A stretch of DNA of 64,000 nt, from contig NW_004797276.1 of the NCBI RefSeq assembly GCF_000002075.1, forward strand, positions 1,915,972 through 1,979,971, written 5' to 3'. Positions 36,413 through 48,400 of this stretch are shown in pieces. This stretch comes from Aplysia californica. Lineage: Eukaryota. How positions within the stretch are numbered: the stretch's first letter is position 1; every line of letters begins with the position of its first letter. The translations under genes were made by a program, and so were the position numbers. The notes under the pieces are model-generated. The model was given only the letters and a program-made list of their open reading frames with translations. It was not told the DNA's origin and ran no database searches.

Positions 36413-38835
36413 GAATTATGTCCCTCCATTTCTTTTCTTCTTATGTGATCTCAATAAAAAGCTCTCCAGAAAATTCAAGATTTTACAGGTAACGTGCATT
36501 CATTTTCTCCTCCGAAATGGGAGTTATACCCCTGTTACGTTTCTTTTTTTTATGTATATGGTCTCAATATTAGCTCTCAGTGTTAGTTCATAATTTGTAC
36601 ATGTAGGCCTACTGATAAAGGAGTCTGTGTTCAGCAGCTCTTCCTTATTTCACCACAGTCTGTGCCCAAGTCTGGTTGTTCTGCCTTCGTTGAAACTGTC
36701 TGTGCAAAGTTGAGTGGGCAGATTGTATATTTACATACAACATGTAAAAATTAGCCTGTGGATTCATGTGAGCTCTGAGCTGAGTCTGCGGTGTCCTGTT
36801 CTTTCTGTAAACTGTAACTGACCCTGTATGTCAGGGATGAAGACGACGTCCTCTGACTTTGGTTTCTGTTCATGTATCCATCTTTCCTCCTGTGTCTATT
36901 TTTCCAAAATTACTGTTTAGTCTTATTGAGGGTTTGGGTGCTCTACATTTTAAAAAAAATATTTTAAAATCAAATTTTAATTCTTAACATTTTTTGTCTT
37001 TACCTTTTCTCCTGCATTAGAAATGGACAGTCGTTATTTTCCCCTGATTGTATTACTATAATTATTATCTCCTTTCCTTTGCTCTTTTCATTTCAGTTGC
37101 TAATGCCCAGCTCCTAGGTCTGTGGGGATCTGAGGGCCGGGCTTTACTGCAGTTCCTTCATTTCACTTTCACATTTGCTTTGGGCGGAATGCTGACACAT
37201 TTGTATACAGAGCCATTCCTTGCGGGAAAAGATGTTTCAGATGATTACACTACAGATTCCCAGCTTAAAATTGCTCCTCCAGATTGTCACTTGTTCGGAC
37301 TCCTTTTGAGAAATCAGTCAGGACAAAGCTTCATATTACGTAGATTTCACTGAAGAAGTGGAAATTGGTTGCATTTTCTCTCGAGCATTTCCTGTGGAAG
37401 GGTTACCGAAGACAGTTGCAAAGTTTCTAATTGTAATTGCGAGTGAATGCACACCTGACAATTGTTTCATCAGACCCGAGATCAAAAACAAGCTTCAATG
37501 GAAACGTTCATGTTCTTAGCATTGAGATGTCTATAATATGGGTCAAAATGACATGACCCTGTACAAGCATAGTGACATCTTTACTCGTCATTTTTTTAAA
37601 CTTGGTTTTGTTTGAAACATGTCAAATTGTGATAGTATTTGTATAAATGATTGACAAAACCATAACTGAAAGAACAGTGGTTTATGCTTTTCGTTTTAAT
37701 GATACTGTAAATAATACAGGGGGTTGGGTCATTTTGACCCGACGTTGTTAAGGTTAAGCGCCGATGGCAAAAAAAATGCATCGAACTTCATAGGAATGAC
37801 ATTGAAAAGTAGATAAATAGTGTGATTTCTTTTTGCTGGCTTTTCATTGTAATTGAAGTAAAATTTTCCAAGGTATAGATCTAGCCATTTTCACATAAAC
37901 TTTGGGGACAGCCCTCATACATAGGCCTACAAATAAATGTAGGCTTAATTAATACGTCCAACAGTTCAAAATGTCGTAGATCCTCCATGGCGCTGGAGTC
38001 TGAAATAGCAAACCTAGGAGCCTGTTCTAATTTCCTCCCAGATTTTATTACAATATTTAAAACTGAGCGTATTAAATCAATACAAATTGNNNNNNNNNNN
38101 NNNNNNNNNNNNNNNNNNNNNNNNNNNNNNNNNNNNNNNNNNNNNNNNNNNNNNNNNNNNNNNNNNNNNNNNNNNNNNNNNNNNNNNNNNNNNNNNNNNN
38201 NNNNNNNNNNNNNNNNNNNNNNNNNNNNNNNNNNNNNNNNNNNNNNNNTTAGAAAGCGCAACAGGATGCTACATTGAAGCAACTTTTAGCCTAAAATGTA
38301 CTTTCCTTTTTTAGCCAACCTGCCCTAAATTTTCACAACGTAGTTCTATTCGCTAGACTATCCAGATAATGAACATGGAAAGAACTCAATTCTCCAATTC
38401 CTCAATTCTTTTTTTATAAGCAAAAAACTTTTTGAAAACACGTAGCGCCAAGGTCACGTGCCTCAACATAACCTGCGACCGCAATAGTAATATTGTGTAG
38501 TTTGTGTGTTCGTGNNNNNNNNNNNNNNNNNNNNNNNNNNNNNNNNNNNNNNNNNNNNNNNNNNNNNNNNNNNNNNNNNNNNNNNNNNNNNNNNNNNNNN
38601 NNNNNNNNNNNNNNNNNNNNNNNNNNNNNNNNNNNNNNNNNNNNNNNNNNNNNNNNNNNNNNNNNNNNNNNNATCTGTCCATCTTTATCTCTAATTATCT
38701 GCGCGTGTGTGTATATATATAGATCTATATATATATAATTTCTCTCTCTCTCTCTGTCTGTCTGTCTGTCTGTCTGTCTGTCACCCGGGATCATAGATCT
38801 AAATCTTGATTTTTTCCCCCTTATTTTTCTTCTTT

Positions 38836-38889
<54 letters not shown>

Positions 38890-39094
38890 GGGGGGGGGGG
38901 GGGGGGGGGGGGCTCGGGGACCGTTTCAGAACAGTTACAAGACAAGACAGGCTATTGTCATAATATTATTATTGTCATCTCAGGCCATAATATTAAATAT
39001 ACACTTGTAATATTCATTCGGAGTATATTAACAGTACATGCCTATAGCCTACTATTATCTCAATCTCGTTTTTCAAGATGCCTTTTCTAGAAGT

Positions 39095-39264
39095 TGCGCA
39101 ATTCAGCAGAAGCGCGGTGTGGAAAAATAACTGGGTAGTAGATCTAGATCTGAGAAAGTCATTGAGGGGTCGCAAATGCACGTCTTCATCTCGCGAATAG
39201 CGAACACCCGCACTCCCTCTGCTCGGTGACAGCTGATAATATCACGTGACGCAAAATCACATGA
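39095..39264 (+). promoter_or_regulatory. Putative GALC copy 2 promoter with CLEAR/M-box-like sites
   Basis: Local CpG enrichment; ATCACGTGAC (39241-39250) and TCACATGA (39257-39264), the E-box types bound by TFEB/MITF at lysosomal genes. Confidence 0.6.
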
Positions 39265-39307
39265 TTTTATCTGCCTCTTTCAGCCTTTGTTGTGATCTAG
39301 ATCTAGT

Positions 39308-39644
39308 CAAGTTTACGTCTAGTCAAAACCCCTACTACTACCAGAGAGTATATTTTAGTGTCTCTGCTACTACTAGCCTACTTACTGTCTTGCCATCGTG
39401 ATAAGTCTCGACGGTCGAGTGCTTGTTATCTTCATCTCTGACCTAAGCTGCTACAACGTATCACAGTTTGCTGCACGCATCCCAGTTTTAATGTTGTTAA
39501 CCTTGAAAAGTTGCTATAAAGGTGTATTTGAAAGTCTCGACCGAAAACGTTGATCTGATTTGATGCGATCAGTATCAGGCCAGGAGACTTGCAGTGTCAC
39601 TGGCAAACACTACGTCCCCCTCAGACCTCGCAGTGATCCTCCAT
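39308..39644 (+). other. Putative non-coding first exon of GALC copy 2
   Basis: Follows a CpG-rich E-box region; donor CAT|gtaagt at 39645. TSS unknown. Confidence 0.6.
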
Positions 39645-39807
39645 GTAAGTTCTGATGTAGTAATGTGAACGATTGGTCCAGTGTTGCAGCTTTATTATTA
39701 TATTTATTGTCAGTGATTAAATTGGGGTACTCGAACGCATATATATGCTAAGGAATGCTAATTTTAATGCCAATTATGTGAGGTGTTCTTAATATTTATT
39801 TCTAGAT

Positions 39808-40441
39808 TTTAAAAAAATAAATTTTGTAAGTGTTTTACGGCGCTCGCAACTGCATAAGATCATATTATTATATGAGCGCGCAGGATATATTTAACATTTT
39901 CGTTTGGTAGGGCATTTTCTATTCGAAGTGGCTATTTCTCCGAACGTTCGGGAAAATAAACTTGAATTGAACTCTATTTCTCCTAACGGTTTCCGTTCTC
40001 GAGATTTTTTTGTTATTTGCGAGATTTAGGCATCATCTTTCTTTCTGCCATTCTGCGAGGACTGAGAAGCATTTTTTGCATCGAATTCAATTTCTAGAGC
40101 TAGAGATTTTTAAATGTCTGAATATTCAGATACTTAGTAGTGGTTGGGGCAACTTTCCCGGACTTCATTTGAAAATACCTTCAAAAGGTTCTGCGAGAAA
40201 ACAAGACTGATCGACCTTGGCAGCTAATAACCTATTTTGCATTTAGTCAACCAGCAAAAATTAAAATCCTTCAAGTGAAAANNNNNNNNNNNNNNNNNNN
40301 NNNNNNNNNNNNNNNNNNNNNNNNNNNNNNNNNNNNNNNNNNNNNNNNNNNNNNNNNNNNNNNNNNNNNNNNNNNNNNNNNNNNNNNNNNNNNNNNNNNN
40401 NNNNNNNNNNNNNNNNNNNNNACACACACACAATACACATT

Positions 40442-40499
<58 letters not shown>

Positions 40500-41072
40500 A
40501 GCACATACACACGCACATGGGCCACTCCATTCGCAATTATTAGATCTGTCAACAATTCTCGAGAACGGAAACCGTTCGGAGAAATAGAATTCAAGTTTAT
40601 TTTCCCGAACGTTCAGAGAAATAGAGCCAGCCTTTTCAATTTTGCCCTAGTGGTGGCCAAAGTCTAATCTTATCGATTTTAGACCACAAGGAATCTTTAA
40701 CGTGGGCAACTTGCACACGGGACCTCCGAGATTTTTCGCCCTTATCCGAGAAGGCTAGCGTACATGTAGATCTTTCCTACCAGAAGATCAAGGGCTGTGT
40801 GGCTGAAAGACAGCAGTAAGAAGGAGCCAAGGAGAAGCAGTAGAAAGGCTGCAGAAATAGTCAAGAGCACAGAGTAGTGGGCAAAAGAGGTCATGAGGCG
40901 GTGGGGGAAGAAAGTGGAGACGAAACCAGACGACAGAACATTGCTAAAGAGCTGGAAAGAAGGTGAAAGGAGACAATTTTAGAGAAGAAAAATTTTCAGT
41001 CGCTACCAGGATTCGAACCTTGGACCTTAGAATGAGAGGCAAACACCTTAACCTCTAGCCACGACAGCCTCC
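39808..41072 (-). mobile_element. tRNA-derived SINE in copy 2 intron 1, interrupted by a MITE
   Basis: Head at 41072, tail near 39830; imperfect TSD TTC(T/A)AGAT at 39800 and 41073; empty site near 9411 in copy 1. Confidence 0.88.
39908..40649. mobile_element. MITE nested in the SINE, with internal (CA)n
   Basis: Termini tagggca...tgcccta; long inverted repeat gaacgttcgggaaaataaacttgaatt / aattcaagtttattttcccgaacgttc. Confidence 0.85.
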
Positions 41073-41706
41073 TTCAAGATCTCTGAACTCGACTCTTAAC
41101 AATTAAGATTTAACTGCAATGATTTGTGGTTGTGTTTTTAAATTTCAGTTCTGGAGTCAAAATAGTTACTCATGATCTCATCTATTCAGCGGTATTAATT
41201 GTCAGATTCTTGCAAAAACTAAGAAAGCATGATATCCACTTGAGACTAGTCTTAACTTTCTGATTACATCACAAGTGAATGACTTATTTCCTGTAATATC
41301 ATCTTAAATCTTGTTCATTTATCTTGCTTTTGATGAAAAAAAAACCGTTATCATTATCTTGAATAGAAGTTGAGATATTTGCAATTGAGGGAAGTGGTTT
41401 GCCTGGTTTTAGAGGTAAAATTAGCAAGAAAATGGCCACGAAGTCTGTGACTTCCAGAGCGGTGTCCTTGGAAACTACTTTAAACCAAAAGATGATGTTC
41501 AGGTGATGACAGATGCAATGATAAGTACAGCAAGCCCTGAATAAAAGAGTGTTACTAAGAGGACATCATGTAATGGGTTGCCTTTCAATTAATAATATAG
41601 GCTACATCCCAAATCAGTTAAATTCAAGTTGAAACGTTCTGAATTTGTATGTTCCCTTTTTAATTAATTTTTTTTTAAAACAGAAAGGACTGGTTATATT
41701 CTCATC

Positions 41707-41844
41707 ATGGCAATGCACTTCACAACTCTGGTTGCTGTGGTGTGTGCTACAGTCTGTGGAGCCTATTCACAGTCCATTGTGTTTGATGACGCTCCTGGAA
41801 TGGGGCGCCAGTTTGATGGAATAGGAGGTCTAAGTGGCGGAGGT
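41707..41844 (+). CDS. GALC: GALC copy 2 coding exon 1 (MAMHF...[11 protein letters not shown])
   Basis: Acceptor ends at 41683; donor GGT|gtaagt. Confidence 0.93.
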
Positions 41845-42408
41845 GTAAGTATTTTTATAGTCTTCAATGCTAGTCTGATAGACCTAATGGTTTTTAAGAG
41901 GAGAGGAGAAGTTATTTATGTAGCCTATATCTCAAATCTTCCTAGCTATTAATGTTTTTGTGGAAACACTGGGACAGCAATTTTTAGGAAATGTGTGACT
42001 TAGACATGCTCTCAATGGGAGTCAATGATCCTATGCCTGAGTCTATATTCTGTAGTGTAAACAATGTCAAAATCATTTGGCACATAATCTTTTTTATTTA
42101 CTAGTACTATTTATTGGCTATTGCTGCAATCAGGAAAAGCTGAGAGAATATGGTCATATCATTGCCTTTGAAGTAAGACGGCTTACCCACACAATGTCAT
42201 TTCTTTTTGATTTGACAAATCATTTGGAAATTATCTATATGCTTAGTCAAAGTCTTATCTGACTTTTGATTAGAAATACTTCTAAAATATTACAAATACA
42301 GCCAAACAACCTACTGGTCGTCAGGTTGCTGCGTGATGAAACCGTAAAAGTTTTTTGCTTCTGTAGAATTTACTCCGATGGGGCTAGCCATTCTTATCAC
42401 AAGGGCAA

Positions 42409-42493
<85 letters not shown>

Positions 42494-45400
42494 GAGAAAA
42501 AAAGTAAAGGACCATTTTTGATAAAATGTATCTTTTAGAAAACTGTGTATCTAAGCTTTATTATATTAGTAAAGTGTCACTCATCTTGTTTTTTGTGAGA
42601 ATAAGCAACTATTTAACAGTCAAGTGATTTTATTAACCTTTGCATCTTTCTCTTTTTTTTTCTTCTCCTTTTTAGGCTACATCAAAGCTACTTGTCAACT
42701 ACCCACAAGAACAACGTGACCAGATTCTTGATTATCTGTTCAAGGTATTTTTAAAACTATTGCTACTTCCTGTATTGTCCCCATGGAACAAATTGACATT
42801 TTACAACTATTGCTGGAGCAAAATGATAAATAAGAGTCAAATGGTATTCCTATACTGTTACACATGTAAGTCTTTAAGAAAGTAAGTCTCTAAGCCTGTA
42901 GGTTTGATAAAACTTGTTGCCAACAAACCAGATTCCATTGTCTAATCTTTTTTTGCCTTTACTTGTGGCATTGAAGCCTTGAGATACACCCACTTGAATC
43001 CCCCCTCCCTCCCCCCCATGTCTTTATCTATAATTCTCTACAGAGCTTTTTCTCTTTGAAAAAAAGTCACTGATATAAATGTATATTATATATATATCCA
43101 TTGTTTTACAAATGATTTAGGTGGTCCAGCATTATTTCCTCCTTTTTATCAGTCTACTGTTCATATAGATGAATATATCAGTTATCGTGCCTACTCAGCA
43201 TTAAATCAACTTTGTTTCTTCACCTCATCATTCTAATTTGATTAGTTTTCTATCATTTTTAAATCCACCTGTTACTTTGTGCCTCTCCTTGTAGTGTCAG
43301 GCAGACGAGAGTCAAAACATTCCTTTAACAGAAGATCTTACACGCTAACTCACCAAAGACCGCTTTGCGTATTGATATTAATTGATATATATATATATAT
43401 ACACCTATATTCTCAGGAGAATATATTGAGAGGTTAGTACTGTTACTGAAATTCTGTTATCAGCCCTGTATTTACTTTGATTGTATCATTTGTGACAAAA
43501 AGTACATTATTTTGAACTCTACAGCCAAATTTTGGAGCTTCTCTTCACATTCTTAAAGTAGAAATTGGAGGAGATGTCCAGAGTACTGGTAAGCTCATCA
43601 TAAATGTTATCTTAGTTGCTTATCATTCAGATATAAAGATGATTTTTTTTTTATTGATGTGGTTGAATTTGTGTTAGATTGGCATGTGTAAAATATATGG
43701 TAATACTTACATGTTACATACACTGCTTATTATTTAAGATACAAATGAACCTTCAAACACAGTCTTAAATTCACAGTTACCTATCTTTAGCTGCCTTTCG
43801 AATGTACAGTCGAACCTAGTGTGTAAAACAGCCTCCCATTGTCAAAGAAAAAAGTGGCCGTTTAACACAGGTGGCTGTCTTAGGGAGGACTGATCAAAAT
43901 GATGAAAGACACCGTTTCCTTCTGAGGTCTAAGCCGGGGCTGATCTTAGGCTTAGGACTGCCGTAAGGCTAATTCCAAAGGGCTATTATTGTTTTCTTTT
44001 GAAAAAAAAAAAGGGGGGGGGGAGGTGTAAAAAAGGGGGGAGAGGTGTTGTTGTTATTTTTTGGTTTGTTTTTTTGGTTAGCTTCTGTTTTTGTTGCTGA
44101 TTTTGTGTAAGTTAAAAATAAACGAAAAAAGCCGATGAAGACTGAGTGAAGACCGGACCGGGTGTCATGGTAAAACAAACACTGGATTGCCACCACTCTG
44201 AGAACGAGCGACACTTCTGTCGCATGTTCACGTAAACATCCATTGTTACTTTGTTACAGATAAGGTAAACAAAACAGTGATCACATAGGATTTGTGTATG
44301 AGTTGTGGGTGGGGCTTCAAGGATATGACGGATCCCACGCTTCGCTCACCAGCATTTGAAAATTTATCGTTACCCATCCATTGGTCAACTTTGGTAAACT
44401 TTCATTGGAGGGACTAACAATAACGACAGGTGAATGGATTATCATAACAAAACGGCCTGTGTGCCGTATTATCATCAGAAGGACTGTCAGACTGGTTCCC
44501 CATCAGGTCTGGGGTAAGACAAGGGTGTGTTCTTTCTCCGCTTCTCTTCATCGCTTACATGGATAAAATCACGAAAGCAGCAAATGACAACATCACTGAA
44601 CTGAACAAGCTTCTATTTGCTGATGACCAGAGTATATTAGGTACAGATGAAGAGGAATTACAAAAACACACCCCAAAACTAAATGAGGAATGTAAACACC
44701 TAAACATGAAAATCTCCATCTCAAAAACAGAGTCATGTCAGCAGAAACCCAGGGAAACTCAACATTCTTATTGATGGAACACAACTCCAACAAGTAGAGG
44801 AATTTAAATATTTGGAAAGGATCTTCACACAAGATGGGCATATAGGGTCTAGGCCTACTGCATCCTTGTGATCCGTCACCCACTGGCTGCGCCAGTGAAG
44901 AGACAGACGGCGAGGATGGTTTATGCTCATTGCACCGCTTGCGGTTGTGTCTCCTTGGAGCAAGCAGGATCTTTGCACCAAAGTTATCTTTGTCACTGTA
45001 GAGAAATCAAGGCATCGTTCTTACCGCACAAGAAGAAAGGTGCATGAAACTGCTCTTCGCAGCACCAATTTGGTGCAAGCTAAAAATTTGATCCAAGTTT
45101 CCGCGAACCTATCTACTACACTAGTAGAGTCTACGGTAACTCAATGAAGAATGGGTATCGAAACTGTTGTCTCCCTCTATTGTGTAGCACGTCCTGGTGC
45201 TGCTCGAAGTACTTAAAAATCTTTAAATCTTCTCAGATTGTAGCATAGTGAGTTGTTAGTATTGTTTCACTTTATTGCAGCTTTTATGCGGTTTCATCTA
45301 GAAACAGTTGTAAATACATGTATCGATATATGAAGATTACGGGATATCCTGCAGATTCTAGTTGACTTTCTCTAGAAATCTTAAAATAGTAGCTACTAAG

Positions 45401-48400
45401 CCTATTGCCCATTTACTCACTTTCCAATTATGCACCACCTTGTCTACAACCCATGCAATGCCACTGAGCATATGGACTAAGAAATAGAAACAAGAACTAT
45501 GATGGCAATTGCAGTGACCTACCAGCTAGCACCCCTGCTCAGTCACAAGAATATCCCAACTGAAGTGAAATCCCTGCTCATAAATAGTATCTTCATACCA
45601 ACATTAGCATACCAGTGTCAAAAATGGTCTCTAAACAGGGCACAAAAAAAGAAAAATCAATGCATCCGAAATGAGGTGTCTCCTCAAAACCATCAATGTC
45701 ATCAGAAGAGACCGCATAAGAAACAAAACCATACGTCTACGAACCGGAATACCACCAGTAATACAATTCATAGAGTGTCAAAGAGTCAAATGGTTTGGGC
45801 ATCTAACCAGAATGCCCCAGAAACAACTAGCATTGTAGAGCTTACTACCAGAGAATCCGGCTTCAAATCAAGAGGAAGACCAAGAGAAAGACCTGGCTGG
45901 GTGGGGTTAAAAGGTCCTGGAACCACATAACATATCTATCACAGACACTACACACCTAGCACAGGACCGAAACCTGCACCTCCCTTCGACATCCTAAGGA
46001 TACCAGAGGAAGGAAAAAGTAAAAAGTAAGTAAGAATGGAATATGACGGCCCATCCACAGCGTCAGGGTCCTCTTAAAATTTATGACAAAGCACTGAGCA
46101 ATGGGAGACCAAACTGGGCTTTCTAAGGCAGGTAAATTTGGCTGTGGGTTGATAAAATAAGGTGGCCGCGGCCAAGTTGGACAAGTGACCAGTTATTTAT
46201 GTCGACAAAATGCAAGGGGGGAATTAAAAAGTGGCCATTTGTACAGGTGGCCGTATTATACCGGTGGCCGTCATGGCAGGTTCGACTGTATATATCTAAT
46301 TCTGTTTTTAACCATGAACACTTATGTCCAAGTGCTTCTGTCTCAAATGTTTGTTTTGTTGAATATTTTTTATTGACACGGAAAAAAATGTTTATTCTTT
46401 GAAACAGGGTTTGGCATCTCTCTTTGTCCTATGATTGTTCACTTTCCGTCATCTTATAATCTAGATCAAAATCAGTACAGAGACCATTATCTTTCTGTTA
46501 TGACAATGATTGTTTTGACACATTTATTTTATGTTGCATTGTCAGATGGCACTGAGGCATCCCATATGCACAACAGCTGGGAGGAAAATTACCAGAGAGG
46601 CTATGAATGGTGGCTCATGAAAGAAGCCAAAAAGGTTTGTTTGTTTAGCAATTAAAAGAAGCTCTCAGAATTGTTGTTGCGGCTATGAAAATGAACATGG
46701 TAAAGGGTCTATTATTTATTTATGAAAGAGAGTTAGATCTATATATTGTGTTGTTGCAAAGAAAGACTTTGAAATGTGACACATGCAGCTGATTCCACAA
46801 ACTTTACAAAGCATGCTTTGGTGATGGTTGTTTTTTTGGAGATACAATAGTCATTTCTCCACTCATTGCTTAGGACAGCACGGCTGTGAGTTTGAGTTAA
46901 TTTTAAATAAAAAGTAGATGAATGTTTACTTTACAGGAGCTGCTTTGATGTATGGCTGCAGGAATAAAAGTATTAAAATCTCTGTTCATGTCAGCTGTGT
47001 GCAAATTGAACTGCTATGCTACTATTCTTCATCTCTGGATCATGACAAAGATGCCAAGTGTCGAAAACATTTACATAATTCATAGAGTGGAACTGTTGTA
47101 CCTAAGTCATGTTTGTAGTGCTTTTTATTTGTTTGCAAGTGTCTGAAAGTTTTGGTTTTGAACATGTTTCATCAATGTTTCAGAGGAATCCCAACATTAA
47201 ACTCTACGGCTTACCTTGGGGTTTTCCGGGCTGGATTGGACAAGGTACCCGATCCCCATATGTCAATGTCAGTATGACAGCCGACTACATTGTCAGGTGG
47301 ATCAATGGTGCTAAAGTGTACCATAATTTAACCATTGACTACGTCGGGGTGAGTTACTTTGATTATATTAAGTTTTGAGTATGCTGTATTGGTTAATATA
47401 CCTTGTGAACAAGTTAACGAGAGTTACACCAGTTTCAAACAGCTACGAGAAGTAGGTAATCTTAGTTTAATTAAACATTTATTACAAAAAGTGAAATATG
47501 TAGTTGTGTAACATTTTATCAAAGTGATTCACTCTTGTACAGATGCTCTATTTGTATTGTATTTGTCACTATGTCTATGGAAACATAGATTTCGTGCATT
47601 AAATGCTTGAAAAGAATGTATCTTAGTTAGATGATTTTTTTATCTGCCCAGCCCTTCTCCCCCTCCGTAAATGGTCAAGCTTTGAATGTATGACATGGTG
47701 TTGGTGTAAGCGCACCTGAAGAATAGGACATTTAGTGTGAACGCACCTTTATAGTAGTTATTGTGACATAGGCCTAAAGGACATATCACGTGACTGACAC
47801 CTCATGTGATTTCGTGCAAGCCGCGGGTAATCTAAGTGTCACTCACTCACTCACTGAAGCTGAAACGAGTAACATCGGCTAACCAAGAACTACCAGAAGA
47901 CCAGTGGTGGGGCCCCACCAACTTCAATTACCATCTAAATCTACTACTGCAAGACTCAAGTAAGTCGTAACATAACAATATCTTTGGATTTTATGGCTGT
48001 TATTTGATGCCAGTGCTTGATTTCTGCTCTAAAGTGTTCTAACATTTGAGGGCTCAATTGTATAATGGTTTTGATGTTTTTTTTTCCATTCCAGATCTGG
48101 AACGAACGGCCATATGATATCAGTTACATAAAGGTAAAGGATTAATTTTTTATCCTTGATAATTACTGTTCAATTGTCAGTTTTATTCATATAAGCTGAA
48201 GTAAGTGATTTCCATCTTTTGATGTTGTTTTTTTTTAAAATTAATGAAAATGTAATAGTATTTTAATTTTTAGCTGGAACATATGAAGCAGTGCTCTGTG
48301 TTTTTATTTGTTGTAATACTTTCTACAGGCACTGCGTGCGACCTTGGATGCACGAGGATTCCAAAACACGCTTGTTATTGCTGCTGATGAAAAATGGGAG

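Noticed and set aside
39138-39306. TAGATCTA and TAGGCCTA palindromes as specific regulatory sites
   Set aside because: They recur throughout the window and look like a genome-wide compositional feature.
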